A stretch of DNA of 23,966 bases, from positions 1 through 23,966 of the forward strand of contig CAZHRJ010000037.1 of assembly GCA_964534765.1 (NCBI GenBank), read 5' to 3'. A program made the translations under genes and the position numbers. The stretch comes from an uncultured bacterium (GTDB taxonomy: Bacteria > Lindowbacteria > 2-12-FULL-62-27). This document shows, one piece after another, positions 1 through 6,869 of the stretch. The notes beneath the pieces were generated by a model. The model made no database searches and was not told where the DNA came from. It saw nothing but the letters and a program-made list of their open reading frames with translations. Position 1 is the stretch's first letter. Every line of letters begins with the position of its first letter.

Positions 1-1561
1 GTCACTCAGAAATCACTGACCATGATTCTCCGGAACGTCCTGCTGGGACAGCCAAGACACAAGGGGTTGCCGGTAGGATCGTCTGCTGGGACCGGCATTC
101 GCCGGAAGTAAAGGTTCTTTTTAATCCTATTTTGAATTGTTTTCCGCCTGCCGCATGGAAGGCCTTCCATGAGAGGGGTTCTACGCGCCCGTAAGGGGCG
201 TGGGCTCCGTGGTGAATTCACATGAACAATGGTGAGAATGATATTTGTCCTAAATTCAGATTGAGTACCTCTACCGGAAGCCCCCATCGCCCGGAACGCC
301 TTCCGAAAGGAAATTCTTCAGAAAATTGAGTCAGATCAAAAAAATATTTTGCAAATTACATGATTTTTCCGCCAAGTACGCACCTTTCTTTAATCTCACC
401 AGATGAAATCCAGCCCGTCCGATCCGGGGCCGGCGGCATCAGATGGTCTTTTGAAGCAACTACTCAATGAGAACGCCTTCATCTTCGAGCGCCGACTGAA
501 ACCGGATCGGATCATGAACAGAATCCACACCGCTTCACGAACCTGACGTGAGCGCCGAATGCAAATTTCCTGGCGCTAATCCGCTGATAGAAGCGGGAAT
601 CGGCTGATCCTTTGATCTGGCAGCCAAGCCTCACTGGAACACGCATCTGATGCCGGCCCCAACTACTCAGCAATTGAATCCGAAGGAGATGGGATCAGAG
701 TAGAGACAGATTGCAATGGGGAACAGACGACGCGGCCGACCACCACCGGTTGTTGAAAAAATATTGTACCGACGCCGGGTCGGACTTCTTTAATGAATGC
801 GCTCGACCCAGTTCAAGGCTCTCTCCAGCGGTGACAGAGCAAATGGCTGTGGGAAAAAAATTTCCTAAACAGATATGATCAGGCACAAAGTGGGTCATCA
901 AATTGAGTAGTTCCACCGCGAGACTGAACAAGCAATCAGCGATGAGAAAAATACTTTGCGCGGCGACGCTGTAGACGGTGGATGGGGTCGACCCCATCGA
1001 CAGGCGAAGACTGACAGGGAGTTAACCATCGTGTCCTGGATAGCGGATGATTAAAGCTCATCCGGGTTATGAACGTCCAACTGCAATCATCTACAATTCC
1101 GGCACACTCTCAAGTGCTTAAAGTCCGCCGGCGTGAGGAGAGCGAGGCCTCAAGGTTGTGCGAAGGTTCGAGAGTGCCAGCTTTTTGTTCTTAAAAAACA
1201 CCTTTATCCGGCAATCCACTCCAAGTCAATGATCGAGAATTAAGACTCGTACAAGCTGATTTTACGAGAGATACTTTAGATAGGAAAAGAAATGGCGCAA
1301 TTGTGTCGGAGATGAGGAAAAAATCATGGAAACCGCGATCAAGCGACACGGACTAAATTCAAGAATGTATGATTTTAGAAAAAAAACGGACACAGAAGTT
1401 GGGCTTCCACCTTAACGACGCTCGTATACAGCGATTCAATTAAATCCCAACCTCCGGAACGATCAGGAATTCTCCTTAGAATACGGCAGTTGCAAGGTGA
1501 ACCATATCGAATAAATTCAGATGTATGACGGATAGAGTGAGCGCTAGTCTGAAAGGGAGAA

Positions 1562-2029
1562 CTATTTTTTGTCGGCCAAACCGAGTAGGAGGGAGATACG
1601 AGTCAAATTCATGTCAAGCAGACGCTGGCAATGCCGCACTTCCTTAAGGGTTGTCTCGACCGCCTTGACCAAAAGCTCCTGCTGGCGCTCGATTCTGCCA
1701 AGTCGTTCAGAAAAGGCGTTCATGCTGGACTCATCCAGTGGCCGAGCGCCAGTCGCAGTCAGCTCCCTTTCGACAGCCAACCGATCCTTGACCTGCTTAA
1801 CGGACAGGCCATCCTTTTTGAGGAGTCGTCGGATGTAGAGGATCTGGCGAACGTCCTTATCGTCGAAGAGCCGGCGGTTGGCGGCGTCCCGCTTGATGTC
1901 GAGGAACTCGCCGAATTCGGATTCATAGTACCGGATGGCAGACTCTGGGATGTTCGTTTCCTGCGCTACCTCGCTGATTGGTTTTAATCCGGTCTCAGTT
2001 TTGTCTTCCTCACTCATTCTTGGTCTCAC
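1562..2029 (-). CDS. MerR-family transcriptional regulator (N-terminal HTH, C-terminal coiled-coil region)
   Basis: The 155-aa ORF carries a MerR-type HTH (ISEVAQETNIPESAIRYYESEFG...RDAANRRLFDDKDVRQILYIRRLLKKDGLSVKQVK). The rest is a charged helical segment typical of the MerR dimerisation helix. There is no obvious SD; a second in-frame ATG at codon 5 (MSEEDK) is an alternative start. Confidence 0.8.
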   Translation of the reverse strand: MRPRMSEEDKTETGLKPISEVAQETNIPESAIRYYESEFGEFLDIKRDAANRRLFDDKDVRQILYIRRLLKKDGLSVKQVKDRLAVERELTATGARPLDESSMNAFSERLGRIERQQELLVKAVETTLKEVRHCQRLLDMNLTRISLLLGLADKK

Positions 2030-2043
2030 TTTGCCAGAGATCT

Positions 2044-2058
2044 GTTGACAATTTCAAC
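2044..2058. promoter_or_regulatory. Short dyad GTTGA-caatt-TCAAC, with a TTGACA hexamer inside it, in the merR upstream region
   Basis: The sequence ctgTTGACAatttcaacat sits 15-30 nt upstream of the merR start codon, in the 115-nt gap between the aminotransferase stop and merR. MerR-family proteins typically autoregulate through a dyad overlapping their promoter. Assignment is by position and symmetry only. Confidence 0.3.
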
Positions 2059-2144
2059 ATTTTTTCAAAACTTTAATTTAATCCTATTCACTCGAAGTTG
2101 CCCGCCCCGGTTCCAGCGACCTCTTTAAGCGTGTACTTGAACCA

Positions 2145-3380
2145 TCAAGACGGGCCAGCTGCGGGTTTTCGAAGATTGAGAATATGGTCGATTTGCCTGA
2201 CAGCCTGGCGAATTCTCTGCTCATTTTCAACAAGAGCGACCCGAAGGTACCCTTCCCCGTCCTCACCAAAGCCTATACCGGGTGACACCGCCACCTCCGC
2301 CTTCTCCAGTAGCAGCATGGAAAACCTCATCGATCCCATCTTCCGGCAGGATTTGGGAATGGGTACCCAGGCGAACATGGAAGCCTTGGGCGGCGAGCAT
2401 GGCCAGCCGATGCGGTTTAAGCCGTTAATCAGGACATCCCGGCGCCTTTCATAGACTCTGGCGATCTCGCTGACAACCTCGGCCGGCGACCGGAGTGCAA
2501 TAATTGCCGCGATTTGAATGGCCTGGAAGTGTCCGTAGTCATAATAGCCTTTAATTTTGGCGAGAGCCGAGCACATGGTCTCATTACCGACACAAAAACC
2601 CACCCGCCAGCCGGCCATGTTGTAGCTTTTGGATAGGGTAAAGAACTCGACCGCAATATCTTTCGCGCCCGGGACCTCCAGGATGCTGGGGCTTCGATAG
2701 CCGTCGAATACGATGTCCTTATAGGCGAAATCCTGAATAATACAAATGCCATTTTTTCGCGCAAGAGCGACGACTTCCTTGTAGAAATCGAGTTCCACGA
2801 CAAATGCGGTGGGGTTATGAGGAAAATTGAGGTAGAGCATTTTGGGTGTCGGGTGGAGCTGTTTCATAGCCACGGACAGCCGGCCGAGGAATCCATCGAC
2901 ATCAAAAGATCCGGCGGGATGAGATTCGTCGACCCGGCCGCCAGGCGTGTTCATGGGAACGGTGATGACATTGGCGCCGGCGATGATGGCGGTAAAGACA
3001 TGAATGGGGAAAAACGGCGAGGGAACCAGCGCCGTGTCTCCGGGTCCGAGCATGGCGAGCGCCATATGGGAGATGCCTTCCTTGGATCCGATGCAAACGA
3101 CCGCCTCCCGGTCGGGATTGAGGTCGACGCCGTAACGATTTTTATAATAGAGGGCGACGTCGCGGCGGAGGTTAAAAATGCCGCGGGACACGGAATAGCG
3201 GTGATTTCGTCCATCGGCGACGGCGTCGATCATTTTTTTGACGATATTCTGAGGCGTCGGGCGGTCCGGGTTGCCCATGGCCAGGTCAATGACGTCCTGG
3301 CCGGCCTGGCGCATTTTGTGGCGTTTTCGTTGATCGTCGCAAACAAATAAGGAGGGAGGCGATCCATTCGCCGGGCCCAT
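2145..3380 (-). CDS. Class I/II PLP-dependent aminotransferase (alanine/aspartate aminotransferase-like)
   Basis: Motifs include DVIDLAMGNPDRPTP near the N-terminus, the PLP-lysine region FTLSKSYNMAGWRVGF, and GNPTA...NPTAFV. A length of ~390-411 aa is typical. The probable true start is the internal Met (MRQAGQDVIDLAMGNPD) at ~3314, which gives 389 aa; the ORF-track start at 3380 adds 22 aa with no homology signal. Confidence 0.85.
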   Translation of the reverse strand: MGPANGSPPSLFVCDDQRKRHKMRQAGQDVIDLAMGNPDRPTPQNIVKKMIDAVADGRNHRYSVSRGIFNLRRDVALYYKNRYGVDLNPDREAVVCIGSKEGISHMALAMLGPGDTALVPSPFFPIHVFTAIIAGANVITVPMNTPGGRVDESHPAGSFDVDGFLGRLSVAMKQLHPTPKMLYLNFPHNPTAFVVELDFYKEVVALARKNGICIIQDFAYKDIVFDGYRSPSILEVPGAKDIAVEFFTLSKSYNMAGWRVGFCVGNETMCSALAKIKGYYDYGHFQAIQIAAIIALRSPAEVVSEIARVYERRRDVLINGLNRIGWPCSPPKASMFAWVPIPKSCRKMGSMRFSMLLLEKAEVAVSPGIGFGEDGEGYLRVALVENEQRIRQAVRQIDHILNLRKPAAGPS

Positions 3381-3413
3381 TGGATTTTTATTTTCTTCGG
3401 CATGGGCTGGAAC

Positions 3414-4364
3414 CTACACCTTTTGGCGACGGCGCGCAAGTGTTTGTGATCGGAGAATCAGTCCGGTGAGAATACCGCAGTCGGATGCGATCATGTGAGG
3501 CGCCGCCGCCATGCGGACGATTTCAGACTGGATCGCCGTTCCCGCGACAATAATGTCCGCGCGGCCCCGCGGGACGCCGGGCAGATCCATCCGTTCGCGC
3601 GGTGTCATGAGGGCGATCACCTCCAGGATTTTGGCCATGGAATCGAGCGGCACGGTGGCGGCGTGAACCATTTTTTCATCATAGGGATCGACCCCGTGTA
3701 GAATCGCGGCCAGCGTGGTGGCCGTGCCGCCCACACCGACGACCGCGCGAATTGATTTCCAAGGGACCTTTGGCGGCGGCGCACGCTGGATGATGGCTCG
3801 GACCGAGGCCATCAACCGGGAGAGTTTCGGCCGGGGGATGCGGCCCTGAGTGCCGAATCGTTCGGTCATGCGCACCGATCCAAGTTCAAGTGAAACGCAG
3901 CCGTCGATCGAGGCGGATCGGCCCGGTCGGCCGGGGCGGCCCCAAATCAGTTCGGTGCTTCCGCCCCCGACATCGGAAATAAGGACATTCTCGCCGGCAG
4001 GGAGGGAGAGAGCAGCCGTGGCTCCCAGAAAAGTGAGTTCCGCTTCCTCCTGGCCGGAGATGATACGGACAGTCCAGCCGAATTTATCGAGGACTGCGCG
4101 GCTGAAATCCGGCCCGTTTTGTGCGTCTCTCAGGGCGCTGGTGCCGACGACGCCGACAACCCGGAGATTTCGAGCGCGGACGATCCGGTGGAACCGATCG
4201 AGCGCGCGCAGTCCCCGCCGGAATGATGCGGGCGAGATGCGGCCGGTTTGATCGACTCGAACCCCGATTCTGGGATATTCGATGGCCTGCAGACCCCGGC
4301 TGACCAGCCGGAATGTATTGGTTCCCAGGTCGATTGCGGCGATGCGAGGAGGCAACGGCGTCAT
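3414..4364 (-). CDS. ppx: Ppx/GppA-family phosphatase (exopolyphosphatase / guanosine pentaphosphate phosphohydrolase N-terminal two-domain form, no HD domain)
   Basis: The N-terminal AAIDLGTNTFRLV is the signature actin-like ATPase-fold motif of Ppx/GppA. Further motifs are GVVGTSALRDAQNG, ISGQEEAELTFLG and DVGGGSTEL. A 316-aa length fits the short Ppx/GppA forms. The 5' end overlaps the upstream GT9 gene by 4 nt. Confidence 0.8.
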   Translation of the reverse strand: MTPLPPRIAAIDLGTNTFRLVSRGLQAIEYPRIGVRVDQTGRISPASFRRGLRALDRFHRIVRARNLRVVGVVGTSALRDAQNGPDFSRAVLDKFGWTVRIISGQEEAELTFLGATAALSLPAGENVLISDVGGGSTELIWGRPGRPGRSASIDGCVSLELGSVRMTERFGTQGRIPRPKLSRLMASVRAIIQRAPPPKVPWKSIRAVVGVGGTATTLAAILHGVDPYDEKMVHAATVPLDSMAKILEVIALMTPRERMDLPGVPRGRADIIVAGTAIQSEIVRMAAAPHMIASDCGILTGLILRSQTLARRRQKV

Positions 4365-5719
4365 GGTTGAGAGGGTATCTTTGACGGCAAATCAAGGGCA
4401 AGGTGGGCGATCGAGTCAAGAACTTGCGGCAGGTATTTGTCCCACAACGATTCGATTTCCTGAATATCCGCCGGATCATGGCTTTCATGGACTCGCCTCA
4501 ATCGGTGGTCGGCGGGCCCCAGCAAGAGACCCTTCACTGTCGGGTAATAGGGGATCCGAAGTTGCGGAGGGACAGTTGCGAACATCGCCAAGGCGGGGAG
4601 GTTCAAGAGGTCCGCCACGTATAGGGCGGCTGAGTCGACGGTCACGATGACATCCATTTGTGCGAGGACCGACACATAGTCCGTGAACGCCGGCATTTTT
4701 CCGGATAAATCAAAGATGGGCGGTGAATCGGAATTCGCGTTGCCGATCGTGTGGACTGTCCAGCCCAAGTCATGCATGGCCGTCAGAATGCTTGGGATGT
4801 GCCGGGCCGGAACGCAGCGGACGGGCGTGGCTGCGAGTGGATTTAGAAATACCCGATGCCGGCCGTTCGCGGGTGGAAGGATCAGCCCTTGACCGGGCGC
4901 ATCGGGCGAAGCGATCGGGAATCGGATGCGTTTGAGTTCGGCCGGTACAGACCCGGGAGGGACGGACATTCGTTTCAGGAGGTAATCGATCATGGGTAAT
5001 TCATGGAATTCGGGTGCATCGACCATGCCGTCCAGATCGATGACCGCGTCACAGGTCATCAGCTCAGATAATGAGACGGGCAGCTGATGGAGCTTCACAT
5101 CAAACGGGAGCCGGTCGAACAAGGGTTCTACCCGTGACATGAGCCTGAAAAAAACAGCGTATTCGATCCGCTGCCAGGCACTGGAAATCCGGCGATGGAG
5201 ACAGTCCAGCGCCGTCAGAAGAACGAGGGTATCACCGAAAGCCACGCCGGAAGCAATGAGGCCGATTTTGAGCGGCGATCGACCGGCGAGATTTAGCAAT
5301 TTGTCCGAGACAGTCCGCAGGGGTTCCGATCCGAAAGGATGGGTCAGATCCATCGGGAAGTCGGGGTGCTGGATAATCTGCCGTTTGCCGCCGCCAACGA
5401 ATATGCGCAAGAGATCCCGATGGCCCGATCGGTCCAGCAATTCGTGGATGTCCCGGACATGTTCATGGAGGGAGACATAGATATCGCGGCTGGTCACGCC
5501 GCCGGTATGGGACCGCCGTGCGGGTGGCGCCTTGAGGTCCAGCCGTAAAGCGGTCTGGTAAATCTCCTCATAATATCCGCGATCGACAATCGAGATATCC
5601 TTGGTGACGAAGAAGAATTCCAATGCGCTATCCTCGGCCGCCTTGGATTTCAACCCATGTGGTCCGGCAGAGGATGGAGTCGTGCTCTCTGGACAGGGTA
5701 ATACTCGTGGGAAGCTCAA
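4361..5719 (-). CDS. Glycosyltransferase family 9 (ADP-heptose:LPS heptosyltransferase-like) with ~120-150-aa N-terminal extension of unknown function; start codon uncertain
   Basis: A GT9 N-terminal motif is present (LKIGLIASGVAFGDTLVLLTALDCLHRR). The C-terminal nucleotide-sugar binding region is LSGKMPAFTDYVSVLAQMDVIVTVDSAALYVADLLNLPALAMF; compare the canonical [43 protein letters not shown]. The canonical GT9 N-terminus begins only around codon 150 of the ORF. Alternative starts are a TTG at ~5623 (preceded by GAGGA) or the ATG at ~5353. Confidence 0.65.
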   Translation of the reverse strand: MSFPRVLPCPESTTPSSAGPHGLKSKAAEDSALEFFFVTKDISIVDRGYYEEIYQTALRLDLKAPPARRSHTGGVTSRDIYVSLHEHVRDIHELLDRSGHRDLLRIFVGGGKRQIIQHPDFPMDLTHPFGSEPLRTVSDKLLNLAGRSPLKIGLIASGVAFGDTLVLLTALDCLHRRISSAWQRIEYAVFFRLMSRVEPLFDRLPFDVKLHQLPVSLSELMTCDAVIDLDGMVDAPEFHELPMIDYLLKRMSVPPGSVPAELKRIRFPIASPDAPGQGLILPPANGRHRVFLNPLAATPVRCVPARHIPSILTAMHDLGWTVHTIGNANSDSPPIFDLSGKMPAFTDYVSVLAQMDVIVTVDSAALYVADLLNLPALAMFATVPPQLRIPYYPTVKGLLLGPADHRLRRVHESHDPADIQEIESLWDKYLPQVLDSIAHLALDLPSKIPSQP

Positions 5720-5903
5720 ACAATTTTTCGATCAGGCCGAAGTTGACGGGTTTCTTGAGGTCGCACCTCCAGCCGTCCGTATCGCGAAAGAACTTCGTGG
5801 GGTCCTGGATTTTATTACCGGCGGCCAGGGGGGCGTCAACGATCGGTTCAAGATGGGAATACGGGATTAGGGAGTCCGGGGGTACGGGATTGATTTTAAT
5901 CAT
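5628..5903 (-). CDS. Hypothetical 91-aa protein, possibly translationally coupled to the upstream aldo/keto reductase (ATGA overlap)
   Basis: Its ATG overlaps the AKR stop codon as ATGA. Third-codon positions are ~70% G/C, consistent with coding in this genome, and the ORF is not Arg-rich. It overlaps the annotated 5' end of the GT9 ORF in another frame, so the two models are mutually exclusive over 5628-5719. Confidence 0.3.
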   Translation of the reverse strand: MIKINPVPPDSLIPYSHLEPIVDAPLAAGNKIQDPTKFFRDTDGWRCDLKKPVNFGLIEKLFELPTSITLSREHDSILCRTTWVEIQGGRG

Positions 5904-6721
5904 TGAATCGTTTCGACAAATGCCATCTCCCTGGCCGAGAGTTCAAACCCGGAAATGGACAAGTTCAATTTCATCCGTTCTTCGTTGGTGGTGCCGGTGA
6001 GAGGGATCATACCGATTTGATGAGAAAAGCGAAAAACGATTTGCGCGGGAGTGACGGAGAAACGTCGTGCCATCTCATGGATTCTGGTGTTTTGAAGAAC
6101 ATGGGGGTTGGCGGTTAAAAGGGAGAACCCCTGGTAGTGAATGTCGTGCCGTTTACAAAATTCCCGGACGCCGTTATCCCAGCCCCGATTGGCATAGCAT
6201 CGATTTTGCACCATGGTGGGTTTGATCATGGAATTTTTTACCAGCATTTCCATTTGCTGGAGATTCACATTACTGATTCCGATCGATTTCGCCGCTCCAC
6301 TTCTATAAATTTCCTCGAAAGCCCTCCAAACTTCAAAATCCTCCTCGCCCAGCGACGGATAATGATAGGGTCCGTGTAGCAAATACGAATCCAGATAGTT
6401 TGTCTGCAGATGCTGCAAGGAACTGGCAAAGGACTGCCTAACTTGTGTGCCGAGATCGGCCCCGGAATCGTAGGGAATCCGGTGGTCCTGGCCATCAACT
6501 GGAGTAAATTTGGTTTGCAGCCAGACTGCAGCCCGTGGAATTCCAAGGGCCGACATTTTCACCAGTGCGCGCCCCACCAGCTCTTCCGAGTAATGTTTGG
6601 CCTGATTGGCCGTATCCACAGCTCTAAACCCCGATTTCAAGGCCAGTTCCACCAGCCCGGCTGTGGCCTCCCGCTTCCATGCGGTTCCGTAGATAAAGTC
6701 GGGGATGCTTGCATTTGTCAT
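5900..6721 (-). CDS. Aldo/keto reductase family oxidoreductase
   Basis: The N-terminal AKR pattern is present: FRAVDTANQAKHYSEELVGRAL (compare the canonical hIDTAxxYxNEeeVG with catalytic Tyr). Also present are LLHGP (the LLHwP region) and C-terminal IPLTGTTNEERMKLNL. Length is 273 aa. Confidence 0.85.
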   Translation of the reverse strand: MTNASIPDFIYGTAWKREATAGLVELALKSGFRAVDTANQAKHYSEELVGRALVKMSALGIPRAAVWLQTKFTPVDGQDHRIPYDSGADLGTQVRQSFASSLQHLQTNYLDSYLLHGPYHYPSLGEEDFEVWRAFEEIYRSGAAKSIGISNVNLQQMEMLVKNSMIKPTMVQNRCYANRGWDNGVREFCKRHDIHYQGFSLLTANPHVLQNTRIHEMARRFSVTPAQIVFRFSHQIGMIPLTGTTNEERMKLNLSISGFELSAREMAFVETIQ

Positions 6722-6750
6722 GGCGCGTCTCCTCGGGTTTGGGGTTTGGT

Positions 6751-6801
6751 GCCAGTCCTTGACTTATTGACTTATTGTTCACAAATAAGTCAAGGACTGG
6801 C
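6751..6801. promoter_or_regulatory. Perfect 18-bp inverted repeat (GCCAGTCCTTGACTTATT - 15 nt - AATAAGTCAAGGACTGGC) in the divergent AKR/HAD intergenic region; candidate operator or leader hairpin
   Basis: Read directly from the sequence: gccagtccttgacttatt gacttattgttcaca aataagtcaaggactggc. Each arm contains TTGACT/AGTCAA, and TTGACTTAT is also tandemly duplicated (ttgacttattgacttatt). The repeat lies 30 nt upstream of the AKR start codon (minus strand) and ~33 nt upstream of the -35 of the HAD promoter. Confidence 0.6.
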
Positions 6802-6834
6802 CTCAAACTTGGGGGGACTGATGCTGCTTTGATC

Positions 6835-6863
6835 TTGACAGCCCCCACGTGTGCCCCTAGAAT
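6835..6863 (+). promoter_or_regulatory. Consensus-like sigma70 promoter TTGACA-N17-TAGAAT; the -10 ends 6 nt before the ATG at 6870, a leaderless arrangement
   Basis: The sequence cTTGACAgcccccacgtgtgccccTAGAATtcacccATG has a perfect -35, a 17-nt spacer and a 5/6 -10. The predicted TSS (~7 nt after the -10) coincides with the A of the ATG. No SD is present. Confidence 0.5.
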
Positions 6864-6869
6864 TCACCC

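Noticed and set aside
6-997. Minus-strand ORFs 6..287 (93 aa) and 695..997 (100 aa) in the low-GC block
   Set aside because: Arg/Pro- or Trp/Cys-rich odd composition. No coding-type GC3 bias, no SD, no family resemblance. They look like chance ORFs in noncoding DNA.
1158-1180. GGTTCGAGAG resembling a tRNA T-loop
   Set aside because: No flanking acceptor, D or anticodon stems could be built, and it does not match the GTTCRANYC T-loop consensus. It fits better as part of a long-range hairpin ending in a T-tract.
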